DNA from: Giardia intestinalis
Lineage: Eukaryota
Direction: 5' to 3' (one strand)
Length of the DNA: 64,000 nt
Assembly (NCBI GenBank): GCA_000002435.2
Contig: CM018790.1
Shown here: positions 44,510 to 54,637 of the stretch, in pieces
Position numbering within the stretch: the first letter of the stretch is position 1
How the letters are laid out: the number at the start of each line of letters is the position of its first letter
Notes under the pieces: generated by a model
The model's input: the letters and a program-made list of their open reading frames with translations, nothing else
What the model was told of the DNA's origin: nothing
Database searches by the model: none
Made by a program: the position numbers and the translations under genes

Positions 44510-46570
44510 CTATGTACTCAAGTCGAGCAAATTATCGGCAGGGGTCTCGTCCTTAGAATTGCTAGATATTCCGCTCAGGTTAATGTCGACGGGGATTGAT
44601 GCTAGATTTGCTTTGGCGAGCTGCTTATCTACATGCACAGCAGAATTTGAGTATTCTCGAGCCAAAATGCGGTCGAGAACACTGTCCATGCGTTCTGTAG
44701 CAGGATTCGTTTCGATTAGACGTGTGTATGCGGTTTGCCTGGAGTTTAGAAGGATATTGATATCAATTTCCTCAGGGAGGATGTAACTACTCGAACTTTT
44801 CTTTGAAATCAAGGTGGAATCTTTGTCCTGCCTAAAAGATAAACCGAGAAGTCCTGGGCCAATTGACTTGTGGAACATCAGGGGGGATAGGTTAAACGAT
44901 GGATCGATAGTAAGCGACATTACATGACAACCGATAAACTGACCGACAAAGTCGTCACCGAGCGTTAAGTGAGAAAAGTGGCAGGAAACATATACACCGT
45001 TCCCAGACACGACCACTGGACCGGTGAACACACAGTTAGCCACTAGCTTCACACTTTGAAGACTGGTCCTTTGGCCCTCAAAGATTGAAAAGCGTATGAC
45101 AGAAATATTATGATCGACACCGTTAAATGAACTGTCATCTCCAAATACAGCATCCGCTATAAATAGGTTCATGCTTCCAGTGATCTCTGCGCCATTTTCC
45201 ACATAACAGCGTTCTATGAGGGAAGGACAGTCAGCAACCAGTGTGTGCGCTCTAACATTCTTAAGGATTGAAAGTTGCCCAGCGTGAACGGACCCCAGCA
45301 CAACTAGGTCTGACATCGTTGCTGCTATTCCTGAGGTAATGTTGGCAATAATCGTGGCAATTGCTTGATACATCCAGGAGATCTCTTTTGCGCAAAGCTG
45401 ATAAATTGGGTCATCTTTTATGTATATTCTTGATTCTTCTTCGCTCAAGAATGACCCGAACAGGGAGGTTGTATCACTCATAACGATGTCAGGGTAGCTC
45501 ATGAAATAGCCTATACATTTGCGCGGCGGGGGCCTACCCTTGGATAGTGTGCACTCTTGAAGCTCAGTATTAACGTTAGCGCCGAATTTTGATACACTTG
45601 CATTCCTACCCAAGATGTTATTCGTGAGCACCGCATGCTGGTGTATAGACGTCGTGCTGAGTTCCAGTTCAGTAATGCACATCTGTACAGACGACTCCAA
45701 ATCGATGTTGGTGCTTAAGTCTGGCGAGTCTATAAAGCATTTTGTTCTAGACAATTCAGATCCCTGTCTTGATTTAATGCTCCGGCGCCTCCTTGAAGGG
45801 CGAATGATTTTTGCTAGAGACTCTGGTCTAACAATGCTTTTTGTTTGAAGAGGTGATGGAGAGCTTTTATCTACCAATAATGCAGAAGGAGGAGATGCGG
45901 TAGTAGTAGTAAGCGTGGAGCTCAATATAGTTTCAAGAGGCCACATGCCGATACTGTACTCTTGGGGGGTAGGGTTGATAAGTCTTAGCAGCTTTTGATC
46001 CTTCCTAGATACCTTCTTATTTTGCTTCTTCCAGGCATAGGCCTCAGCATTAACGTTTCTGATAATACACCCGCTTCCAGAGTGAGATAATTTGAACAAT
46101 AGGTCTCGGTATGACCACACAGGAAGTATAGAAAGCGTAAGCTGAAAGGCTTTATTGAAGTCCTTTACTATATTGGTTGCCATGAGCCCGAATACAACGC
46201 GCTCTTCAAGGATATTGTAGAGAGAACTAATAGACTTCTTAACAGATTCGTTCTTACGGCCAAACCACTGAAGCTTGAGGGCCTGAAACTTACTTTCTAT
46301 AGCCTGGTACATATCTCGTATGTAATCCTGGCCTGCACTTATTACCTCCTTCATTTGTCTGATTCTCTCCGTAATGACTTCCTGCTGGTTCACAGAGTTG
46401 TCTGCCCTGGCCTTGATAGCATTTAAAAGATTACTAACTGTACAGGTGGGGTGGTCCTCTTTGATATGGGCTTGAATGGTACACTCTGGGCACTTGGTGG
46501 TGGAGATGGTTGACTCACAAAGAGGACAATAAATGGAATCTGATCTTTTTCCACAGCTGCAATAGGGCAT
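44510..46570 (-). CDS. Hypothetical protein with N-terminal C4 zinc-ribbon-like motif (CSCGKRSDSIYCPLC...CPEC) followed by a coiled-coil segment
   Basis: The track ORF starts at GTG 46660; the first ATG (MPYCSCGK) is at 46568..46570, 36 bp from the divergent neighbour's ATG. No confident family assignment. Confidence 0.45.
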   Translation of the reverse strand: MPYCSCGKRSDSIYCPLCESTISTTKCPECTIQAHIKEDHPTCTVSNLLNAIKARADNSVNQQEVITERIRQMKEVISAGQDYIRDMYQAIESKFQALKLQWFGRKNESVKKSISSLYNILEERVVFGLMATNIVKDFNKAFQLTLSILPVWSYRDLLFKLSHSGSGCIIRNVNAEAYAWKKQNKKVSRKDQKLLRLINPTPQEYSIGMWPLETILSSTLTTTTASPPSALLVDKSSPSPLQTKSIVRPESLAKIIRPSRRRRSIKSRQGSELSRTKCFIDSPDLSTNIDLESSVQMCITELELSTTSIHQHAVLTNNILGRNASVSKFGANVNTELQECTLSKGRPPPRKCIGYFMSYPDIVMSDTTSLFGSFLSEEESRIYIKDDPIYQLCAKEISWMYQAIATIIANITSGIAATMSDLVVLGSVHAGQLSILKNVRAHTLVADCPSLIERCYVENGAEITGSMNLFIADAVFGDDSSFNGVDHNISVIRFSIFEGQRTSLQSVKLVANCVFTGPVVVSGNGVYVSCHFSHLTLGDDFVGQFIGCHVMSLTIDPSFNLSPLMFHKSIGPGLLGLSFRQDKDSTLISKKSSSSYILPEEIDINILLNSRQTAYTRLIETNPATERMDSVLDRILAREYSNSAVHVDKQLAKANLASIPVDINLSGISSNSKDETPADNLLDLST

Positions 46571-46606
46571 TTCAAAGATTGAAGCACAGAAGACAAATGA
46601 AAATTT

Positions 46607-48484
46607 ATGAATGTTGCTGTCTTTGGACCTGCGTCCAACTCTGAACGTACATATCTGCACAATGTTCTCACAAGGGTTCTCTCAGATGTAACTACTATGG
46701 ATAGCGCCAGAGAAGCCCTTTCATTGGGGGGAGATGCATTGCTCGGCTATCCTCAATTTTCCGAAGTGGACTTGAAGCTAGAGCCCCCATTTCTCTCTCG
46801 AAATGCTACCGTGCCAAAACTTTTATCTAAGTTAGCACATGTCCCGGTGCTGGCTCGTTTGTTTCCCAAGCGGCTTCACAAACCAACTGCCATTGCCAAT
46901 TACACCCCATCCAAGAGAGCTTCCGGACGTGTATTTTGTGGCGTGTCAGACGGCCGTTTCATTGGAGAGGTAGTTGGATCTGCTCATCTAGGCGTCTCCA
47001 TGGCTTCGGCTAGCGTCTCCTATGACCCCGTGAGAAACATGACAGAGGGAAATCTAGAAGCTTGTCGTTTAGATCCCCTTCAGGTGTGTAATACTAAGCA
47101 CATACTGGTGCGCAAGGAAGCTGGTCAACAATTCTCTAACTATCAATCTTTTCTTAATACTATTTTCAATCAATCAGAGAGCAGGGAAAATAGCAGGGAG
47201 GGTAGCACTATTTCGCCACTTTCAGATACACAGGTAGAAGGGGTATCTCTCAAAGTGTCCAACACAGGAAACTTCAGATCCAATGACAACAATGACAAGC
47301 ATCAATTTGGTTCGGCACCATTCACAACAGAACTTTCTTTAATACTAACAGAGATAACCAAGGATATCCCGACGATGTTAAAGAAGCCCCAAGAGGATTC
47401 TCATTGGACATTTGCTAGCCCCGGACCAGCCTATCATCTTTCACAACTAGATGACGTGACCAGGTCTCTTCACTTCTACCGCAACTCTTCCCGTGTGTCA
47501 GTCGTTACGCAGAAGAATACTTTCATCACAAGCAGGGGTGTCTGGGACTCAGCCTCACGTAGCCATAGAGACGTACCACTGGATAGATATCTCAAGATAG
47601 GTAGGCAGATACTTACTACAGCGTCTCCACATCCGAACGTGTCTGTTCTCTTTGGGGTGGAGCCGTTCTGCAGATTCCATTTTGCTAGGGGTGCGACAAA
47701 CAGACGCTTGGCGTCAAATATTGTAACAGGCCTTCGTGCCGAAGTGGCAACGACGGCAGCAATGTACCTGAGTCCCAGTCTTATGCTTTCCGCATCTGGG
47801 TCTGTCCACGTATCTGAATCTATTGATAGAAGGCGTATATGCAACTTCATTAAGCAATTGCCTGCTGCTGCAAAACAAGACAGTACCCACCAAACCAACA
47901 GCAGCTATAGTCATAGGGCAGTGCTCTCTAATTTAACAAAATCGGAGATAGATGAGAATCTGGGTGACAGCATTAGAAGCAAATTGCGAGGGTTTGCTGA
48001 AGTAATGAGTCCCACGAGCTTTTCATATGTGAAGAACGAGATAATGAATCTCGAGAGCCACTCTGTCCAACCGCATGGGTATACATATACCCCAATTCAC
48101 GATGGTTACGGATGCGCAAGCTCTTCAAAACTGACTCTTTCACCAGTAACAACAGGAAGACATATGGGCAACGGGTTCCTGGCACGCACACACCTGATGG
48201 GGATATGGAAGTCGCCACTCCGAACACCTATATCTAGACCAAATTCAATATATCTGCTAGCAGGCATTGAGGCAGCCATCCCCAAGGATACTCCCCTGGG
48301 GTTAATAAAGGACCTTTCTGTCTATGGGGCGCGTAGAGTGATGCATAATTTTTTGGAATATGCAGCCTATACAGGCGTTCACGTTCGTACACCCATCCCC
48401 GTCACTGCAACTGTCTCACTGTGGTCAAGCAGGGACTTAACTATTAAGCAGAGATTCACATTTGGCTTTTCGCTGAATACATGA
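46607..48484 (+). CDS. Hypothetical protein (625 aa)
   Basis: True ATG at 46607 after gaagacaaatgaaaatttATG. No recognisable domain by eye. Confidence 0.45.
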   Translation: MNVAVFGPASNSERTYLHNVLTRVLSDVTTMDSAREALSLGGDALLGYPQFSEVDLKLEPPFLSRNATVPKLLSKLAHVPVLARLFPKRLHKPTAIANYTPSKRASGRVFCGVSDGRFIGEVVGSAHLGVSMASASVSYDPVRNMTEGNLEACRLDPLQVCNTKHILVRKEAGQQFSNYQSFLNTIFNQSESRENSREGSTISPLSDTQVEGVSLKVSNTGNFRSNDNNDKHQFGSAPFTTELSLILTEITKDIPTMLKKPQEDSHWTFASPGPAYHLSQLDDVTRSLHFYRNSSRVSVVTQKNTFITSRGVWDSASRSHRDVPLDRYLKIGRQILTTASPHPNVSVLFGVEPFCRFHFARGATNRRLASNIVTGLRAEVATTAAMYLSPSLMLSASGSVHVSESIDRRRICNFIKQLPAAAKQDSTHQTNSSYSHRAVLSNLTKSEIDENLGDSIRSKLRGFAEVMSPTSFSYVKNEIMNLESHSVQPHGYTYTPIHDGYGCASSSKLTLSPVTTGRHMGNGFLARTHLMGIWKSPLRTPISRPNSIYLLAGIEAAIPKDTPLGLIKDLSVYGARRVMHNFLEYAAYTGVHVRTPIPVTATVSLWSSRDLTIKQRFTFGFSLNT

Positions 48485-48531
48485 CGGCTGACCACAAATG
48501 CAACTGTAGGTCTCGTGCGACATTTCTAAAA

Positions 48532-49500
48532 ATGGCAGACCAGCCTGTGTCGGCTTCAAATTGCCAGCCCGACAAGTGTGCAGGCTGTCCGTCCAAGGGG
48601 TCGTGTGGATCATCTACAGAATCGCCTGATAATAGGGCTATCGCTGAAAAGCTGAAGAACATTGGAACAATTATCTTGGTCCTTTCCGGCAAGGGTGGAG
48701 TTGGCAAGTCCACTGTTTCCACACAATTGGGCTTCTACTTGGCTGAGAACATGGAGAAGAATGTGGGTCTTATGGATGTGGATATCTGCGGGCCGTCGAT
48801 ACCGACGATGACGTCGTCTCAGGGATCCGAAGTCCACCAGTCTGCACTTGGTTGGGAGCCGATCAGCGTGCTGCCCAATATGGCAATCATATCTATTGGG
48901 TTTATGCTCGAGAAGCTGGACGACCCTGTCATACTGAGAGGTCCCAAGAAGCATGGGATCATAAGCAACTTCTTAAAAGATGTTCACTGGCATTTTGACA
49001 GCGAGAAAATTGAAGATAATTACCTCATCATAGATACGCCACCGGGCACGTCTGACGAACACCTCTCTGTGATCAACATGCTTTCGGCGGCAATGCGTGT
49101 GCTAAATAAAGAGAAAGAGACTGACCCTAGTGTGCACACCCCCACGTTCTTTGCTGTGGTTGTTTCCACTCCCCAGGAAGTTGCTTTGGCCGACGTGCGT
49201 AAAGAGATTAATTTCTGTAAGCAGATTAAGGTGGATGTGAAGGGAGTGATCGAGAATATGTCCGGTTTTGTGTGCCCATGTTGCAATAAAGAGACTCAGA
49301 TCTTCAACCCGTCCTCTGGTGGTGTAAAGCAGCTCTGTGCAGACTACAAAGTAAAGTTCTTGGGCAGAGTGCCACTGGATCCCCAACTCACAAAGGCCAG
49401 TGAGAGTGGGCAAGCATGGAAGAAAGCCGTTGAGGAGGGCACCGTTAGCAAGGGGATGGAGATGTTCTATGAGGTGGTCAAGGGGATTCTTTCTGAGTGA
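48532..49500 (+). CDS. NBP35: Cytosolic Fe-S cluster assembly ATPase NBP35 (Mrp/NBP35 ParA-type), paralog 2
   Basis: N-terminal CX4CX2CX5C (NCQPDKCAGCPSKGSC); ILVLSGKGGVGKST; DVDICGPSIP; IIDTPPGTSDEHL; C-terminal CPCC. ATG 48532 after catttctaaaaATG; ATG 48481, which overlaps the upstream stop in ATGA, is an alternative. Confidence 0.8.
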   Translation: MADQPVSASNCQPDKCAGCPSKGSCGSSTESPDNRAIAEKLKNIGTIILVLSGKGGVGKSTVSTQLGFYLAENMEKNVGLMDVDICGPSIPTMTSSQGSEVHQSALGWEPISVLPNMAIISIGFMLEKLDDPVILRGPKKHGIISNFLKDVHWHFDSEKIEDNYLIIDTPPGTSDEHLSVINMLSAAMRVLNKEKETDPSVHTPTFFAVVVSTPQEVALADVRKEINFCKQIKVDVKGVIENMSGFVCPCCNKETQIFNPSSGGVKQLCADYKVKFLGRVPLDPQLTKASESGQAWKKAVEEGTVSKGMEMFYEVVKGILSE

Positions 49501-52500
49501 GCTTGCTGAAGTTCTGTTTTAGTGAATGAGTCCTGCATATGTCTGAGAGAAATGAGATGTCCACCGTGTTGACGAACGAGTACGGGCCACACCGGAAGCG
49601 TCTATGAGACTCGCTGGCTATGGAGGTTGTCGGATTATACAGACCGTTCTTGTGTGCAGTCTCCTGATCACACAAAAGACATGAGAAGGTGCTCCTATCA
49701 GTTATCAACTCAATCTTGCCTATTTCTCCTGTGAAAAGGGTATAGTAAATGATGGTAGTGGATTCCTTGCCCCTTCGTGGCTCAGCAGTTAGTGACGTAA
49801 CTGGAGAAGCAACACATATCTCTGCATATAAGGAGAGCTTTTTAGAGACAGATGCTTGATGATACCGGCTATCTATTGTGCATGATAGTACTGAAATTGT
49901 CCCAAATCGGTCTCCGACGACAATGATGTCTGGATTGAGTGGTAAAATCGCAGTTATAATTCGCATAGGGACACTGTCAGTAAGTTCCAAAGCAAGCTTG
50001 CACTTTGGGGCTTGCGAAAAAGAGAAAATAGCCAGCCCAGCTTTGTTCATGACAACTACTATGCGTGAGCTGCCTAGAAATACTAAACGAATGATTGCAT
50101 CTGGAAGCAGCTCTTGAGCAACGACTTCTTTAATTGCTGTGTCGTACACTAAAAGTCTTTGTGCCATCCCAATACACAAGGTGGCTGAAGATTGCCCCAT
50201 GCCACAGAGTGCAGTGATATCCCATTCAGAAGATAGGAGATAGTGTGCTGGATGTATCTCTTTTATCTGCCGAGATAGCAACTTTGCTATGTTGTCAATA
50301 GTGTAGAAAGATTGTCCATCGGCCCAGGACAATCTGCCAGATGAGTAGTCATATGAAAGAAGACTCGTGCGTGCTGCCAGAGGGAGAGTATACTTAATTC
50401 CCAGCTCGCTATCTGGTAATTTACGGCCTAATCCCATTGTTCGTATAACCACTAAACTTGTTTTATCAGGCACTGAGTGAGATCTAATTATGCATGCGCA
50501 ATATCCACCTTTAAGCATCGTTAGTCCATGCACCGAAAGACCTGCATTATCTTCTACAAATACTTTAATGCTCGTTAGCGATGGACACAGAAGCCCTTCA
50601 ACTGGTTCAAAGACGTGAAATTGCAAATCGGCTGTCACACCTATGAAGTACTTATCCAGAGCACCTTCTATACTCAATGAAGCTATGGACAGAAACGAAG
50701 ATATAGGAAAGTCTAGGCGATAGAGCTGGCGTGGTATCAGACAATCTTTTATAACGGAAAACGCAAGCCAATAGAATACTACTCCATTAGATGTAAGCAT
50801 AACGCTGGTTGTAGATACAGGATGAACCTTGAAGCTCTTCATCTCATGAGGTTGATCGTTAAATAAAATTGGGGCGTCCTTTGCAAAGATTGAAGCAGTT
50901 GTCTCTAGATATTCATTGAGCTCAAGCAAGGACATGATACTCTTCATGTCTAAGATCTTCTCCTCCTTTTTATCAACATAGAAAATATGCAATCCATCTG
51001 TGGCAACTACAAACACTGGAGTATACCTATAGTCGGTAGGCGATGACCAATATGGGCTTAGAAATATGTATATGATGTGTCGCTTTTCATCCAATACAAA
51101 GACTGAGGCAGCGTATTTAAAGTCACTATCTACACTATCTATAGCCTGGTTAACATTCTCCGAAAAAAGGAAGTTAGAATATAATGCTAAAACGTTATTA
51201 TTGCTGCAAAGAAAGAGATCTGAGCATATATGTGCGAGCTGATGACAAGATTGCTTAATGTACTGATTGAAAGAGACATGACAATCTACCATAAATGTGG
51301 GCAAAAATTGCGATATATGGAGATTATGAGGATGTGACTCTTTATCTCTGCCTGTGTAGAGCTGTAATCGGTGAAGATTCCCTATATTAACAGATAGCTT
51401 TAGCAGCCCATTCTGTGTCTGAAAGCATATTTGTGCAGACCTGTCGTTGATAGGCATGCAATATAACACTGATACTAGCGGCACTTTTAAGGAACAGTCA
51501 TAGGTGAAGAGAAGATATGACGACGATTCTGATACCCCAGGTTCGTCCTCCGATAGCTCGTTATCATATTTATGCCTCCCGACTCCGCTTGAAGACCATT
51601 TGCTTGTTAGGAAATCGGTAGTAGAATCGTCTGTGTATTCGTCATGGTCTGGTGGGATCTGAGAGGCATAGCTTAAGGCTCTCCTAATACTGCTATGACA
51701 CAATGAGATAAACACTAGCTTAAGCCTACAAGGCTCGTCTCCTTCAAATATTTGCAAGATAATACCGTTGTGAAGCGTAAAGATCCCCAGTAGGTGACCT
51801 TCCATGTAGATAGGCGTGGCATTTTGTTGAGTTGCAAGGGACTCAGAGACGAATAAGAGATTCATCTCAAGTACCTCCGTACGTACGCTAGATAGTATAG
51901 TTGGTTTATACACGATCTTAGAGTGATGCGACGCGTATTTTAGGCCCGTGTCGACGACTTTCAGACATATGTTTCTTCGGGTCTGTTGAGGATTGAGTGT
52001 GGTGCATGAAAAGATTAAGTACCCAGTAGAATCAAACATAACTTGATAGAGTGCAACAGAGGACACTGCAGAGCTCTCTTCCTTGATCAAGGGCCCCGAG
52101 TATATGTGTGTCATGGGGACAGCAAGAGAGCATAATGAGAGAGATGTTTTGTTTGCCACAAGGTACTTTGAGTCAACCGCATTTGGTGCTGACAATACCA
52201 CCGCAGATGCTATTATGTCAGCAATTGGAAGAGAAATCTCATGGAGCAGTATTCTTGATAGAAACTCAGCCGTATCCTCCTCTCTGAATCCTTCCTTGAG
52301 TGCGACTGGTTGAGTCAATAGCCGCAATAGCTGCAAGGCTGGATAGATAGGGCTACCGTCTCTGTATGTAGGATACTGTACCAGTCGACTAAGTAAAGGG
52401 AGCGGTGCCAGCTTATGACCCCTAGGCAAGTCCACAATCCTGTACAAGGTCAAGCTTCCTGTAGCCATGACACACCCCAGAAACCCACTAGTGAGAAGAA

Positions 52501-53851
52501 AGCATCCTTGACAGGGAATGGACAAAGTTCCAACTCGGGTAATCTGTATTGAAAGAGAGCCCGTGGAATGAAGTGTAAACCGCTCAACTTGTGTATTGGC
52601 TTCTGATATATGGGAGAGATTGCTACTAACTGCAGAACTGAGGAATAAAATGTTATTCAATGTAAAGCTAGATTGATCGGTTGGTATAAGTACACTTGTC
52701 AGCTCACCGGTTTCGCTACAAAGCCAAACGTGGGAGCAGCTGCTACTTTGATCAAGGTGCACCTCCTGTGCAAATATAATGTGCCCCGTCGATGGAGAGA
52801 CGGGTGCTTCTGAAGCTATTGCCAGATATGTCCCAAATAGAGCACATCCCACCAAACGAAGTGGGTCAGGAAGCTCATAAGACGAAAGAGAAGCTATACT
52901 TATAAGAAGTTCTCCTTCCTCAGCGTAGTCGAACGCGCCAGTACCGTCCCGATGCGCATGCAAGAATGGATAAATATCCAACCACATTGTGTTAAGAAAG
53001 TCAGATGACAAGCAGAGAATCAGTTTCCCGCCAAAGCCAATAAGTCCAGACGAGATGGTCCTAATTGCTAGAATGGATGGGTGCACAATAAGATGGTGCA
53101 CTTTAGAGCACGTGTCCACCATAGCGACGCGGAAGAGAAGATGCAGCCCTGTACTTGTGTCTTTTCCTAGTATGATGCAGCACGGTTCGGATAGTAGTGC
53201 GATGCAAAGATCTAGGCTTAGCAGCTGTGGCACTCCCCAGCGCCTTGGTGGCCTAGGCCCTTCAATCTTGTCGGTGCTACCTGGAGTAAGGAGGGCATCA
53301 CTCAAGCTAATTACAGTGGGAGGGAGCAAGAACATTTCATCAGGCCCCAGTGTTTCCAAGAGCATAGAGTCAGCTCCATGGAGCCTTTCCTTTGTCTCTA
53401 GCTTGAAAATGAGCAACGTGGCATCAAGGAGAAGCACGGCAATATAGCCAAGCCGGCTAGCCACACGCCAGGGGGATGTGCTTCTGATGCCGGAACGGGA
53501 CACCCTGTGCGTGAGGATGCAGTGAAAGAATGATACAGACGCTCTGTTGTCGGCCGTGCATTGGACGGCATGAACAGACAAGCGCCCTCCGTCGTCTATA
53601 GCTAGTAGGAGTGCTCTAGAGCCGCTCTCTTTGGATAGGTCTAAAACATCAAGACCCAGAATCGTTGAATAAAGCTCCTGACTGGCTAAGCAAATAAGTC
53701 TTCGCGTCCCTGTTAGTGGAGACTCTATGACAGAATAGAGATAGAGCACGGAGCCAGAGGATGCTATTATGTGCTCTTCATTGGAACTTGTAAACCGACC
53801 TACAACCCAGTGTTCCCAGCCTTGCCGCTCTTTTACAGAGGTGTGTAACAT
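49478..53851 (-). CDS. CPSF160/DDB1/SF3b3-family triple beta-propeller protein (about 1457 aa)
   Basis: The N-terminal block HWVVGRFTSSNEEHIIASSGSVLYLYSV parallels CPSF160 [28 protein letters not shown]. C-terminal CPSF_A-like blocks are IIVVGDRFGTISVL and IIYYTLFTGEIGKI. Size fits the family. The start is uncertain: the track's 53920 is TTG and the first in-frame ATG is 53849..53851. Its 3' end overlaps the NBP35 paralog 2 3' end by 23 bp. Confidence 0.55.
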   Translation of the reverse strand: MLHTSVKERQGWEHWVVGRFTSSNEEHIIASSGSVLYLYSVIESPLTGTRRLICLASQELYSTILGLDVLDLSKESGSRALLLAIDDGGRLSVHAVQCTADNRASVSFFHCILTHRVSRSGIRSTSPWRVASRLGYIAVLLLDATLLIFKLETKERLHGADSMLLETLGPDEMFLLPPTVISLSDALLTPGSTDKIEGPRPPRRWGVPQLLSLDLCIALLSEPCCIILGKDTSTGLHLLFRVAMVDTCSKVHHLIVHPSILAIRTISSGLIGFGGKLILCLSSDFLNTMWLDIYPFLHAHRDGTGAFDYAEEGELLISIASLSSYELPDPLRLVGCALFGTYLAIASEAPVSPSTGHIIFAQEVHLDQSSSCSHVWLCSETGELTSVLIPTDQSSFTLNNILFLSSAVSSNLSHISEANTQVERFTLHSTGSLSIQITRVGTLSIPCQGCFLLTSGFLGCVMATGSLTLYRIVDLPRGHKLAPLPLLSRLVQYPTYRDGSPIYPALQLLRLLTQPVALKEGFREEDTAEFLSRILLHEISLPIADIIASAVVLSAPNAVDSKYLVANKTSLSLCSLAVPMTHIYSGPLIKEESSAVSSVALYQVMFDSTGYLIFSCTTLNPQQTRRNICLKVVDTGLKYASHHSKIVYKPTILSSVRTEVLEMNLLFVSESLATQQNATPIYMEGHLLGIFTLHNGIILQIFEGDEPCRLKLVFISLCHSSIRRALSYASQIPPDHDEYTDDSTTDFLTSKWSSSGVGRHKYDNELSEDEPGVSESSSYLLFTYDCSLKVPLVSVLYCMPINDRSAQICFQTQNGLLKLSVNIGNLHRLQLYTGRDKESHPHNLHISQFLPTFMVDCHVSFNQYIKQSCHQLAHICSDLFLCSNNNVLALYSNFLFSENVNQAIDSVDSDFKYAASVFVLDEKRHIIYIFLSPYWSSPTDYRYTPVFVVATDGLHIFYVDKKEEKILDMKSIMSLLELNEYLETTASIFAKDAPILFNDQPHEMKSFKVHPVSTTSVMLTSNGVVFYWLAFSVIKDCLIPRQLYRLDFPISSFLSIASLSIEGALDKYFIGVTADLQFHVFEPVEGLLCPSLTSIKVFVEDNAGLSVHGLTMLKGGYCACIIRSHSVPDKTSLVVIRTMGLGRKLPDSELGIKYTLPLAARTSLLSYDYSSGRLSWADGQSFYTIDNIAKLLSRQIKEIHPAHYLLSSEWDITALCGMGQSSATLCIGMAQRLLVYDTAIKEVVAQELLPDAIIRLVFLGSSRIVVVMNKAGLAIFSFSQAPKCKLALELTDSVPMRIITAILPLNPDIIVVGDRFGTISVLSCTIDSRYHQASVSKKLSLYAEICVASPVTSLTAEPRRGKESTTIIYYTLFTGEIGKIELITDRSTFSCLLCDQETAHKNGLYNPTTSIASESHRRFRCGPYSFVNTVDISFLSDICRTHSLKQNFSKLTQKESP
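49521..49527 (+). promoter_or_regulatory. AGTGAAT polyadenylation signal 21 nt after the NBP35 paralog 2 stop
   Basis: ttttAGTGAATgag matches AGTRAAY. Confidence 0.4.
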
Positions 53852-53979
53852 ACCCTCTGAAGAGGTCGAGTAGTGGATAAAATTAGGATCTTTTTTCAGC
53901 AATTTACTATGTGCTTTCAAAAAGCATGGAGCAACCAGGCTGACGAAAAATCAGGAGACTAAAATCAAAAGAGGAAATC

Positions 53980-54609
53980 CTACTTTCTTTCTACTACCAC
54001 GGGCCTGATATCCGCGCGCGACACTAGGGGAACTTGAGGAATGGTAACTAAGGAAAGAGCATGGGGACACCCATTTACGGGTGCTGCTTTGAGACACTTC
54101 CCTGTTCGTACGTCGGCAGCCACGTGTGCACTACACTGCTGAAAAACCCGCTCGACCGTTGGCTTGTAAATTGGTCTATATGGAATGTGAATATTTCTGT
54201 TTTGTAAGTTGAGGGATTGACGCTCGGAGGACTCAGAATAATTTAGGGCCGCAGAAGCCTTCCCTGTCTCTTCTTGCCCGTCCTCTTGGCGTGCAAATAT
54301 AGAATCATTTAAGCTACTAAACGATGAGTATATTTCCTTGTTCCGTAAACGTCTATCGACGTACTCTGTTTTGAAAAACTTGACCTTATTAACAGAAGGA
54401 TGGTTCACCTGCTTTGTTAGATTAGCTATTCGCTTTTGCTCCTCGCGCTTTTGTGGAGATATGTCTTCATAATAGTCATCAAGCTGAGGCAGGGGAGGAC
54501 CAGACCTATAGGCATAATTATCGTAGCAGAGGCACAGGTCTGGATACCGTATGGCCCCCTTTCCAACAGTACCATCATGCATACCAGGTAGAGGTATTCT
54601 AAGAGCCAT
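53980..54609 (-). CDS. Hypothetical protein (209 aa)
   Basis: ATG-initiated ORF in a gene-dense context; no recognisable domain. Confidence 0.4.
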   Translation of the reverse strand: MALRIPLPGMHDGTVGKGAIRYPDLCLCYDNYAYRSGPPLPQLDDYYEDISPQKREEQKRIANLTKQVNHPSVNKVKFFKTEYVDRRLRNKEIYSSFSSLNDSIFARQEDGQEETGKASAALNYSESSERQSLNLQNRNIHIPYRPIYKPTVERVFQQCSAHVAADVRTGKCLKAAPVNGCPHALSLVTIPQVPLVSRADIRPVVVERK

Positions 54610-54637
54610 GTAGACGTGAAAGAATTTACTTTGGGAA

